Below are positions 46,433-58,255 of a stretch of 64,000 nucleotides of DNA, one piece after another. The notes under the pieces were generated by a model, which searched no databases, was not told where the DNA came from, and saw only the letters and a list, made by a program, of their open reading frames with translations. Both the position numbers and the translations under genes were made by a program. The DNA is from Zygnema circumcarinatum SAG 698-1b. Taxonomy: Eukaryota > Plantae > Zygnematophyceae. Position 1 is the stretch's first letter. Each line of letters starts with the position of its first letter. The DNA is taken from positions 2,728,001 through 2,792,000 of the forward strand of contig CM074804.1 in assembly GCA_037447605.1 (NCBI GenBank), given 5' to 3'.

Positions 46433-48636
46433 TGTTGGGGGAAACATCGTGTGGAAGGGAGGTAGTGGGAGAGAGCGAGTGAGAGAGAGCGAGTGGGAGA
46501 GGGAGAAGGAGAAGAAGGATCGAGAGTGGGAGAGGGAGAGGAGCGCGAGGGCGAGGTGGCGAGTAATGGCCACTGCGGAAACCGGAAGTGAACACCAAAG
46601 GGAGTGCGCGGATCGCCCCGCGATACGGAAAAGACGCGGCACCCGCGGATCGCCGTTCATTCAGAACCCACGGGACCGCGCGGCCGTCCGATCGAGAGGG
46701 TGGCTGGCGGCGCAACCTGATTGGCTGAAAAACGATCCTGGCCAATGCGAGGTTACCACGTGTACAGAGAGGTTCGCTGGTCAATGATGCAAACACATCA
46801 CCACGTGGCAGCATATAAGAGAGAAAAGTGTACACGTGTCATCCAATGATTCGAGGAACACCTTTGGGACGGTACGGACGCTATCGGAAATTCCCTGAAA
46901 ACGTTTAGGAGTGAATTCGGTCCGAGTAAAATGTGTTTCCCCCTGCCCTGTACCATAAGAGCCAATCCGATGCTCCCATTGTCAGGCAGCCGATCCAAAT
47001 AATTTCCATCTGACCGGTAAAAGATGTGTCCACAGCCCGACAAAAAGGCAGTCCCCATGTACGGACGCGCTGCCGTACGGCGAACGATTTGTCGTTTTGG
47101 AGTTCGCTCTCCCCGCTCGTCGCGCTGACGGTCCGCCCGTAATTATTGGATGCTGACGTGGCCCGCTGAAAGCGCTACGATGCCACGTCAGCGGCGGCGG
47201 CGCTTCTATCAGGCGCCCTCCCTTGCTCCTCTCACTGCTCGCCCTCTCCCTTCCTCCCTCGCGCCATTGCCAATCTCCGCTTCCTCTCCCTCTCCATCTT
47301 CCTCTCCCTCTCCCCTCTCCCCTCTCCCCTCTCCCCTCTCCCNNNNNNNNNNCCCCCTCTAGAGAATCGACCCATTTCTATATCTGAAATCCAAAACCAC
47401 GAAACCGCGCGCTCCTGTAAACCCTAACACAAAAACCACGCGCACACGCACATAGAACGCGACCTCCCCCACAGTTCGGCCGCGAGCTTCGCCACTTTGA
47501 AGATCCGTGCGTGCGTGCAGGCTTCATGCTCCAACAAACTGTGACGGCGAGTACCCGTCCGTACAAGCGAACAGGTTGAGAAATTGAACAATTGCAGAAC
47601 ACTCTTCATGAAGTTGGTCCTAAATTTCTTCTTCCTCTTTGTAAAGATTTGTAAGCAATTTGTTTAAGAAAACTCAAGAAACTCCTTGGAACGATTTTGC
47701 AGGTTTTTTCACATGCGTTAAACCAAATCAAGTCTGAAAAGAGAAGAAAAACAAACAAATGGCACCATATGCAAAAAAATTACGAGCCAAATCCCCATAT
47801 ACAAACAGGGCCGCCAACACCGAAAAAAGGGACCAAAAGGGAAATTACATACATGTAGAATTAACTTCAACAAAAAAAGGAGGAAAAAAAGGAAAAGAAA
47901 AAAAGAAAAAAAACGAAGAATGCGGGGCTTGTCCGAGTTGACCCTCCCTAACTACACCATCACCTCCCTCCCCTCCCCTCCCCTCCCTCCTCCCCGTCCG
48001 CCCTAAACCCTGAACCCTCAACCCTGCAAGTCCTTCTGCCAAAAACTGTCTCCCAATAATGCTCTGACCGTTCACCTCATCTCCCACAAAGTGACGGCGA
48101 CGAGCTAAAGTTATTTGTCCCATGGCCGCTGCAATCGCTCGGTTCAGATTTTCAGGGTTTAGGTTATTAAGGGCTTAGGGTTCAAAGTCTCAGGGTTTGG
48201 AGGACACGTGTCCAATCGTCCACAGTCGGCGCAATTCCATCAGGAGCACACCCCTCTCTGAGCAGTGCCTTTCCCTTCACTCCAAGTATAAACAAGTACA
48301 TGCAGACTCTACGGGACAGGACGAACACCTCTCTCTCACTCTATCTCCCATGCGCTCTCTCAACCTCACCCCCTCTCTCCTTTCCTCCCCCCTTCTTTCT
48401 GCTCTGGCCAATGTCCATGCCTCCCTCTAACCTCATTCAAGGAGCCTTTCCTCTTTGTCTTGTCCTTCGACCTTTTCTCCATTTCCTACCACTTTCCATC
48501 TCCCTCCCTCTCTCCCCTCTCCTCCTCACCCTCTCCCTCTTCCACCCCCTCTCTCTCTCTCCCTCCCCGCCCTCCCCTCCCTCTCCCTCCCCCACCTTCC
48601 AACCTCTCAGAACCTCCGACTCCCAAGCTCCCTCTC

Positions 48637-51493
48637 TCACCCCTCCGAGGCCACAGCCGCCCGCGTCCCCGCGGATTCCGGCGGCCCTTGCGGAGCCAAT
48701 GCCCTTGCGCCACCTGGCGGCCCCCTGCCCGCCCCCCCCCCCGCCATGGCCGCCTTCTTGGCGCGCGGCGGCGGGGCCTCCAGGGCGAGCTTCGGCCGCT
48801 TCATGGCGTCGAAGTCGCGGCGGAGGACGTCCAAGGACCCCGCCAACTCCTCCACCGTCTTCCGCTCCTCCTCGTCGTCGCTGCACCCACACAGAGGTTT
48901 AGGGTTTTAGGGTTTTTAGGGTATTTAGGCAAAAAGGAGATGAGTCTCCCTCTCCCTGCGCCTCCCCCTCCCTGCCTCTGACTCGCCCTTCGCCGTTTGC
49001 CCCTTCACCCGTTCCCCTTTCCATCCCTCTGCCTCTCCCGCTCCCCCTCCCATTCCACCTCGACTTGCACCTCGCCCTCCCTCTCCCTCACCCTCTCCCT
49101 GTCTGTCTCCCTCGCTCTACCACTCCATCCCCCTCCCTCTCCCTCACCCTCTCCCTGTCTGTCTCCCTCGCTCTACCACTCCATCCCCCTCCCTCTCCCT
49201 CACCCTCTCCCTGTCTGTCTCCCTCGCTCTACCACTCCATCCCCCTCCCTCTCCCTCACCCTCTCCCTGTCTGTCTCCCTCGCTCTACCACTCCATCCCC
49301 CTCCCTCTCCCTCACCCTCTCCCTGTCTGTCTCCCTCGCTCTACCACTCCATCCCCCTCCCTCTCCCTCACCCTCTCCCTGTCTGTCTCCCTCGCTCTAC
49401 CACTCCATCCCCCTCCCTCTCCCTCACCCTCTCCCTGTCTGTCTCCCTCGCTCTACCACTCCATCCCCCTCCCTCTCCCTCACCCTCTCCCTGTCTGTCT
49501 CCCTCGCTCTGCCACTCCATCCCCCTCCCTCTCCCTCACCATCTCCCTCTCTCTCCCTCTCCCTCTCCCTCTCCCCATCCCAGGTTCAGACTGGCGAGCC
49601 ATACTCTGCTGGAATGGCCTCCATGCTGATCTTCAAGTCCGCTTTCGCTCTCTCCACAGCGACCAGCGCGTTCTTCACCTGCATGCTCGAAATGGCTCCA
49701 AACTTAATAGGATTTCAAGAAAACTAATAAATAGAATAATAATGGTCTCGTTTTAAAATGAAAAGAGACTGCAAGACCAAACACAGCAGTCTCCTTATGA
49801 GTTTCATTAAATCGAAACCGTCGAAAATTTTGCTCATGCATGCACGCTCATGCTACACAATGATAAAAATGCAAAAGTGCAGTCCGGCATCAAACCTGCG
49901 CTTCGATCTCGACATATTTTTCCTCTATTAGTTTCCTGCCGCTGGTGATGTCAGCGACGATGCCATCCATTCCTTTCTTCTCCAAGTCAGCCCTGTTCGC
50001 ACTCAAAAAAGAAAAAAAGAGACGAAAAACGGGTAAATCTTTCAATTCAAATGTTTGAATACATCAGAAAATGAATGCAACTATAGTCAAATCTTCATAT
50101 TGCACAATTATTAACAAAAAAAAGAACTATACGCACTTTTTCGCCCGAATCGTGGTGAGTTCCTCGTTGTACATCTTTAGTCGAATCAAAAGAGCGTCAA
50201 GTTCCTCCTGCATTGCAACGCAGAGCCTCAGAAAACCGGTAAAAAAATCGCAAAAAAATAAATAAAAGTTATGATTGTTCGGAGTAAAGGGGTGCTGCGA
50301 GTCGTGCAGATGCATGGCAGCGAAATCAGTATTCCAGTTCAACGGAAAGAATCGAACAGGAACTGAAACTGAACTGGTCTGAACTGAACTGAAACTGAAC
50401 TGAGATATAACTCCTAAACGCGCTTCATCTATACTGCACAATGCGAAACTTCCGGGAAGCTTCCCAGTTCCGCCAGACCTGCCGGTAGACAAGATGCCCA
50501 ATCGCGACCTGCCAAAACTGTACACGTGTCTCCTTCATAGCCTCCCTGAATAACCAATAGACGAGAAAAATCACATACATCAGATCCCACAAAAAAAAAA
50601 GATAACCACTATTATTCGAGAAATTGTGATGAAGTATTTGAGGCTTTTTCAAGCGTTTTGAAAAAAAGAAGAATTGGTAAGAAAATTGAAATGGTCTGAA
50701 TGGCCTTTTCTCACTTGACGGTCTTTTCTTTCGCCTCCACACAGGAGGCCTGCAGCTGCCACGTGTCCTCTAAAAAGCTCCGCCACGTGGCAGCCACTCC
50801 TGCCTCCGTTGAGTGCTGACTCATCAACTTCAGGAGCTCCTCCTCCTGCTCCGGGAAAAACAAAAAAACATACAAGCAATCACATCAATGTGTAAATGCA
50901 TGCATAATGGAGACGTGAAAAGGCTTTAAAGACACTAGACGCACTCAAATCTTGAATCTCAAGAATTCCCAGAACCTTAGTAAGACCTAAACATGGCCAA
51001 AAACTGCAGATTTCTGCAAACTTCTCAGTTCCCAAAGCACTTGACACCCTAAAAATGTGGTATTTTCACAAAGATGAACCAATATCGATCGATATGCTGC
51101 AATAATCCCCCACCTGGATGGCGAGTTTCGCCACAATGTCGGTGCTTGCATCGTCAAAGTGCTCCTTCTCCTCCTGCAGCTGAATGTGCTTTTTTGTCTG
51201 CACCGCGATGGCCTGCATCACCTGCGCGCTCGCGACATACTCCGAAAGTGATGTCAGATCAGGCAGCGCGCTATTGGATGGCCTGGCAAGGCAGCAAGAT
51301 TCTCTTTGCGTTCCGTTCCGTGAAATGTGAGAAATCGCCGGCTTTTATTTATTTTTTATTTATTTTTTATTTATTTGTTTGTTGGAGGGAGGCAGAGACC
51401 TGGGCGAGTTCCGCCTCGAGCTCCTCCCTCCGCCGCTGCAGGACCTGCATCTCCTGCGCTATCACCTGCGCGCCCTCCAGAAGAGCACCGAGC

Positions 51494-51536
<43 letters not shown>

Positions 51537-53323
51537 TAACACACGCACACAGTCAACCACCCTGCACTCACCCTCCTCCCCTCTCTCTTTCCCCTCTCCC
51601 ACCCTCATCCTACACCTCCCTTTCCCTCTCCCTCAGCCTACCCCTCTCCCTCTCCCTCTCCCTCCCCTCCCTCCGAAAGCCGCGCACCTTCTCCGCCTCA
51701 GCTACCTCCTGCACTTTGGTCACACGGAATGCCATCGCCTCTGACTTCTGCTGCCTGCACCCCCACACAGGCAGCGAGCCGAGATGGTGAGAGAAGGCGG
51801 GGAAGAGAGGAGGGAGAGGGCGAGAGGCCGGGGGAGGGGGGGGAGTCGGGGAAAGAAGCTCAGAGAGGGAGAGGGGCGGACGGGGAGGGATAGGGTGAAG
51901 GGAGAGGGGAGAAGGTGAGGAAAGGGGTTGAGAGATGGAGGAGGGAGACGAGGAAGGGGGAGAAGGGGAGAAAGTAGGCGCGGTCTAAGGTGAAAGTGGG
52001 AGACAGACACACAGAGAGAGAGAAGGGAGAGGGCGATGGGTGGAGAGGAAAGCCAAGCACCTGCTCTCTGTGATCTTCGCCTTCTGCTCCCTTGCTCCCG
52101 CCTGAAGGTCTTCCGCGAGGGTCTTCAGCTTCTCCAGCTGGAAGCCCTCAACATCATCAACCAACCAACCTTTTTAACCTCCAAATAAAAACGTAGCTCC
52201 AAACAAAGAAGCTTCTGCCTTCCAACATCGAATGCATGAGTGCATGCCCCCCGCGAGCGCACCTTGAGGCGGCGCACCTCCTCCGTGTCCCCCCCCTGCC
52301 CCTGCCCCTGCCGCAGCCCCAGCACCTCCCCCGCCCGCCGCGCCGCCTCGACCCGCCGCGCGGCGCACCGCAGGAGCTCCTCCGACGCGGCCGCGCCCTG
52401 CCAGCCACGTGGCGCCGCTCAACTCGTCGGCCCCTCCAAACCACTAGCGGACCCCCTCCATACATCCATACACACACGCACACATCCATGCAAGCACGCG
52501 GCGGGGCGGGGCGGGGCGGGGCGGGTGGGCGCACCTCGGTGAGGGCGCGCGGGGGGTCGCTGAGCACGCCGCCCTCGCCCCCCCGCGGGACCTCCGCGTG
52601 CGCGGGCGCGCGCTTGAGTTTGACCCTTGCCGCCGCGCCGCCCGCCTGCGCCTCCGCGCGGCCCGCCTCCGCCTCCAACCTGCACCCGAGGGGACAGGGC
52701 ATGGCCGGGGCACTGAGGGGGAGAGGATGTGTGGTGTGGTAAGTGTCGACATGGTCCACATGGACAACGTCTAGACGAGGACATTCGGGTTTTTTCAGGG
52801 AGACGGAATCAGAAAGTCCTGACGTAAGGAACAGATATGGGTGTCTTTAACCTTACCGTTCCACTTCTGCGCTGATCTTTAGTCCCGTGATGACGTCAGC
52901 AGCCATGCGTAAAAGGTCATCGGCTCTTAGCTGCAAGTAAGGGGGTGAGAAACCCCAGTAAAGATGGGGGAAAAAAGTGCAATGAGAATGGGGCTAGTGA
53001 AGAGGGGAAGGGAAGAGGGGGGTGTGTGGGGTGAAGAAAAAGCAATTCTAAAGGGCCCACAATGCAATAGGAGAGGTACTTTAACCTCACCAGGAGTTCC
53101 GAATAGTTTGCGAGTCCCTTTCCAAGGTCCTGAATCCCACTCATAATCGCGTTATGGAGTTCCGGGCCGCCCAGTAAGCACAAACTGGGTACATAAAATC
53201 CTTAGGTTAATGATTTGAGCTAAGAAAATAGCAAGATACGGAGAGACAGCGAGCAAAGTTGGGTACGAAAAACGAATAAGAGAGGGGTGGGGTGGGGAAG
53301 GGAGGGAGAAACGGGGGGGGAGA

Positions 53324-53356
<33 letters not shown>

Positions 53357-56300
53357 CTGTGCAGGCCTCCGCCTCCTGGACCCTCTCATCTCGCTCTCCC
53401 ACTCACATCAACTCCGAGAATGCTACCACATTAAGGTTTCATTTGGTTATTTTCTTTAGGGTAATCACGCACTCAGGTTTTTTGTGTTTTGTGTCGCAGG
53501 GTTGTTTTGATGACCCAAAAAAGGGCTCCTTCTTCTTTTTTCCTTATATATACTTTTCAAAACATAACTAAATAGAGGTTTTAGACGTACCCAAACATTT
53601 CGAGGACAAGAGCCACCTCCTCGTCTTCGGGTGGCTCCAAAATCTGAACGCCATCAATGTACCGTTTAAATTGTAAAAAATCCATGGAACCGAAATCTTC
53701 TCTTGCGTATGACAGTTTTTTGCTCGATCCAGCCAAGATCCATATACAGAGAAATAAGAACTTGACTCACCAAGGAAATAGTAATATTTTCCAACGCATT
53801 GCTCTGCAGAAACACGTCTCGAAATGTTAAGGGTTCGCTGCTGATTTCCGGATCGTAGAACAGCACCTGCAGTTGAAAAATTAAAGAAACTTTAAGGAAT
53901 CTTTTATGCATGTAGCTGGTTCCCAGACTCCTAAACATAGGAACTACGACGCCTCACTGTTCAAACAAAATTATATCCATGTTACCATTGCTACTAAGTT
54001 CCCGTTAACCCTACATATTAAACCTAACCCTTACTATCAAAATTCTCCTCTCTATTCCCTACCCCTACTTCCCCTCCATACTTCGTTGTGCACTTTCTCA
54101 GCTGATCCTCTCTCTTCCCCATAAAACCTGCCCCCTAACCCTACTACACTTTACTTCCTAACCCTCCCTTCACCCCCTCCCACCCTTTCCCATTCGTAAC
54201 CCCAACCTTCATTTCCCCACCTTTTCTCTCCTCCCACCCTTTCCTCCCTCTTTCGCTCCTTCCTCCCGGCCCCTCCATAATCTCCCCCCCTCCTTCTCGC
54301 CCAAACTCCCTTTCCCACCTCCTTCCTCCTCTCCCCCCTCCTCGTGCCCCCCTTTCCCCCTACGCCCCATTTCCACCCCTCCTCTCTCCCCTCTCCCCCT
54401 CTCCCTCCTCCTCCCCCCACTCCTCCTACCCTCCCCCTCCCCTCCCTCCCTTTTCCCGAAATCCCCCCCACCCCCAACTTCCCCCCTCCCTCCCCCTTCT
54501 CCTCCCCCCCTCTCCTCCTCCCTCCCCATTCCTTCCCCTCACCCCTTCCCCACGCCCCCTCCATATCCTCTCCTCCTCTCCTCCTCTCCTTCCCCTCCGC
54601 TCCCCCCTCCCCCTCCGCCCCCTCCGCCCCCCTCCCCCTCCATGCTTCCCTCCCCCTCCCCCTCCCCTCCCCTCCCCCTCCCCCTCCCCTCCCCCTCCCC
54701 TCCCCCCCTCCCCTCCCCCTCCCCCTCCCCCTCCCCTCCCCCTCCCCCTCCCCCCTCCCCTCCCCCTCCCCCTCCCCTCCCCCTCTTCCTTCCCCCTCCA
54801 CCTCCTCCCCCTCTTCCCTCCTCCCCCTCCCCTCCCCCCCTCCCCCTCCCCCTCCCCCTCCCCCTCCCCTCCCCCTCCCCCTCCCCTCCTCCCCCCTCCC
54901 CCTCCCCCTCCCCTCCCCTCCCCCTCCCCTCCCCCTCCCCCTCCCCCTCCCCCTCCCCCTCCCCCTCCCCCTCCCCCTCTTCCCTTCCCCCTCCCCCTCC
55001 CCTCCCCCCTCTTCCCTCCCCCCTCCCCTCCCCCCCTCCCCTCCCCCTCCCCCCCTCCCCCCTCCCCTCCCCCTCCCCTCCCCCCTCCCCCTCCCCTCCC
55101 CCTCCCCCTCCCCTCCCCCTCCCCCTCCCCCTCCCCTCCCCCCCTCCCCCTCCCCTCCCCCTCCCCCTCCCCCCTCCCCCTCCCCCTCTTCCTTCCCCCT
55201 CCCCTCCCCCCTCCCCCTCTTCCTCCCCCTCCCCCTCCCCTCCCCTCCCCTCCCCTCCCCCTCTTCCTCCCCCTCCCCCTCTTCCTTCCCCCTCCTCCCC
55301 CTCCCCCTCCCCCTCTTCCTTCCCCCTCCCCCTCCCCCTCCCCTCCCCCTCCCCCTCTTCCCTTCCCCCTCCCCCTCCCTCTCCCTCCCCTCCCTCCCCC
55401 TCCCCTCCTCCCCCTCCCCTCCCCCTCCCCCTCTTCCCTTCCCCCCTCCCCCTCCCCTCCCTCTTCCCTCCCCCTCCCCCTCTTCCTCCCCCCTCTTCCC
55501 TTCCCCCTCCCCCCTCCCCTCCCCCTCCCCCTCTTCCTTCCCCCTCCCCCCTCCCCTCCCCCTCCCCCTCTTCCTTCCCCCTCCCCCTCCCCTCCCCCTC
55601 CCTCTCCCTCCCCTCCCTCTTCCCTCCCTCCCTCCCCCTCCCCCTCCCCCTCTTCCCTTCCCCCCTCCCCCCTCCCCCACCGTCGCGACGCGCGTGGGGT
55701 CGTCCCCGTCCTCAGGGTCGTCCCCCTCGCGGTCCCTGTGGTCCCGGTCCCTATGGTCCCGCGGCGGCGCGGCGAGGTCCCGCAGCGCGGCGAGCCAGCG
55801 CGCGAGCGCCTGCCGCCGCTCCGCGCCGCGCGCCGCGAGGGCGACCTCGTCCAGCCGCCGCACCGCGTGCCGGAAGTTGTTATGGGCGCGCTCGCCCTGC
55901 CAGGGGGGAGGGGGAGGGGGGGGAGAGGGAGGACGAAGGAGGAGAGGAGGGGAAGGGAGGGGAGGGGGGTTGGGGAGGACACAGAGGAGAGAGGGGGGGA
56001 AGAGAGGGCAGGATGGATGGAGAAGAGGGAGGAAGGACGAGCAGGAGGGAGGGTTTAAGGGAGGGCGAAAAGGGGGAAGAAGGGAGAGGGTGGAGAGGAG
56101 TAGGGGAGGGAGCACAATGAGGGCGCAGGTGTGGGAGGGAGCATGGGAGAGAAGGAGCAGGGTAAGGTGTGGGAGGAGGTGGGCACAAGGAGCATGGAAG
56201 TTGGAGCATGGGAGGGAGAGCCAAAAAAAGCACAATGCAGGAAAACTTGAAGCAGGATTTGGATAAGACAGTCGGTGACATTGACTAAAGGATCCCTAAA

Positions 56301-56732
56301 GTACGTCGAAAAGGTTCTGTTTCTGCATAAGGCATGGACACATCATTTACCCAGTTCTATTGGAATGATGGAAAGTAAGGGCCAGCCCAATGCCTCATCA
56401 TGCAGACGTGGTATGAAACCAAATGAAAACTAAAAAAACAAAAACAAAAAGCTAAACTAACCAGAAAGAAGGCGAAGATAGAGTTTGAGTGATCCAAACA
56501 ATCCTGACATATATATATTTTTTGAAGGAAAATAATTGATAGCTAACAAAAGGGGAAATTAGGGTTTGTGACGCACTGTACGGTCGAGGACAGCCTTGGC
56601 GACGGCCGCGCCCGCGGAGTGCACAAAGAGCCGCGCGCGGCCAACGCTACCGCCATGGCTGCTGGCGCCCGAGAGGCCCTTGCCACCTGCCACGTCAGCA
56701 GCCTTGTGCAGGGCGGACCGCAGCCACGACAT
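48637..56732 (-). CDS. Plant-specific long coiled-coil protein (resembles Arabidopsis At2g37370/At5g13560 family from memory), multi-exon; 3' end uncertain
   Basis: MSWLRSALHKAADVAG..HSAGAAVAK..|..NFRHAVRRLDEVALAARGAERRQALARWLAAL..|VLFYDPEISSEPLTFRDVFLQSNALENITISL|..EPPEDEEVALVLEMFG|MCLLGGPELHNAIMSGIQDL..|..QQKSEAMAFRVTKVQEVAEAEK|. Family assignment is from recalled sequence similarity. Confidence 0.78.
49076..49545 (+). repeat. 56-bp minisatellite, ~8 near-identical copies (intronic)
   Basis: gtctgtctcc recurs at 49101, 49157, 49213, 49269, 49325, 49381, 49437 and 49493. Confidence 0.95.
54600..55680 (+). repeat. ~1.1-kb C/T-only (CCCCT/CCCTCC-type) tract, G-rich on the transcribed strand, intronic
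   Basis: Directly visible. It produces the spurious PPSP/GEGG ORFs in the track. Confidence 0.95.
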
Positions 56733-57299
56733 TGTCACGGTCTTCGCGGAGGACACGTGGCAAAGGAAGAGAGGATGGACGGAAAGGTGCTGATGGCGGA
56801 TGAGAGCGGGAGGGAGGGAGGGACGGAGGGAAGATTAGGGTTAGGAGGGTGGGGGCGGGGAGGGATGCAAGGTTGCAGAAATGATGTTGGCGATGAGTGT
56901 TATTCCAATGCTGTCTGCATCATGGTGATGTCGAGAGGGGTGGCGCGAGAGAGAAGCAGGGAGGGAGGGAGAGAGGACGCGGGCGAGGAAGGAGGGGAGG
57001 AATGATGTATGTCGGGGCGCAGGAGGGATGTCGCGGCGAATGTCACGCGTCAGCGATCCATGCGCGCGCGGCGCATGGCCATGACCCGCAGAGAGCGCGA
57101 GCGAGGCGGGAGGGCGAGGGCGAGGGCCAGAGTGGCCGTGGGCGCTCCATGGCACCCATGGCCGCGCCTCGGGCGGTTGCGCCTCGCTCGTGCGGCAGGC
57201 GGGGCCTGGAGGGTACTCGTTCTGAGCGAGCCATCGCCCATACTTTAATCGAAACACGTACTTCGTGGCTTCTCACCAAAACACATCCGAGCGGTAAAG

Positions 57300-58050
57300 A
57301 GTATGGAGTCTGGTTTAAATTTCGAACACGACAGCTAAGAGTGAGTTTCCGTATGGAGAGTCCTGTTCACACAATCGCACTTGCGAACGCACCGTCGTTT
57401 TTGAAAGCGGACGGCATACCTGTGTGAACGCGCTGGTGGGCGCACAGGGCCGTACAGAGATGCAAGGTGGACCATCGTTTTTGCGGCGTGCGCCAAGCGA
57501 CCACGCGGCGCCTCGCCATTGGGGGAAACGCCGTGCGGAAACGGGACAGGACCTCGGCCGAAACGGGCGCCGGGAAATGCGGCTGAACCGTACGGTACAT
57601 GTGCTATGTGTGCAGGAAAAGCGAGGACGGGACTGCGACTGCATTGTTAACTGTGGCACGGCCGCATGGCACGCGTTCCCTGCTCACGCGCGTGCGAACT
57701 GTGTTGTGCTGCACTACTGTGTCGTAGCGTCATGCCAAGCAACCTGATGACGTAGTGTGACGCCACCCGGTTTCCAGATCCCGGGTTTCGTAAAGTCAGC
57801 AGACCGAGGCCGTCCGTACAGCGAGCGCCCGTCGTTCGCAGCTCTCTGTCGACCAATCCTGGCGGTCCGAGCGCGCGGGCGCGAGCACGTGGCAGACACG
57901 TGGCGGATACTGACAGGCTACGGCCAGTCAGAAAATCGCGAGAGACGGCGCCACGTGACATCCACGTGTACTGTACGGGCAGCTCGTTCTTAGCGAGTCA
58001 GCGAGGGCGCCACGTGGCAACTCGTGGAGGAGGTTCGGGGGGCGGGGGGG
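57300..58050. promoter_or_regulatory. Divergent promoter island between the coiled-coil gene and L2HGDH
   Basis: CCGTAC/GTACGG sites at ~57450, ~57590, ~57815 and ~57970. CACGTG G-boxes at ~57887, 57897, 57952, 57963 and 58010. Confidence 0.55.
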
Positions 58051-58125
58051 GGGGGGGGGGGGGGGGGGNNNNNNNNNNGGGGAAGGAGGCAGCAGGCGGG
58101 CGGGTGGGCGGCCGCGGCCGCCGCG

Positions 58126-58203
58126 ATGAGGAGGTCGGTGGATCGAACCGCGGCACGCGCACTTCTCGCGTGGGGGAGGGGGACAGGGACGCTCAGCACC
58201 GGT

Positions 58204-58255
<52 letters not shown>

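Noticed and set aside
48001-48025. CTAAACCCT as a telomerase RNA template
   Set aside because: No USE/TATA Pol III promoter or supporting structure is recognisable, and such telo-box motifs are common in this window.
54151-56266. Very long ORFs (694, 640, 518, 492 aa) of GEGG/PPSP composition
   Set aside because: They are stop-free translations of purine/pyrimidine intron tracts. Only the ~220-bp exon at 55680-55900 is coding. The same applies to similar ORFs at 22.1-22.6, 23.6-24.1, 49.0-49.7 and 59.8-60.4 kb.
9772-58058. 10-N runs at ~9772, 24698, 26606, 47343 and 58049, with adjacent long G homopolymers
   Set aside because: These are assembly gaps at low-complexity sequence. Lengths of the neighbouring tracts are unreliable, so no biological claim is made.
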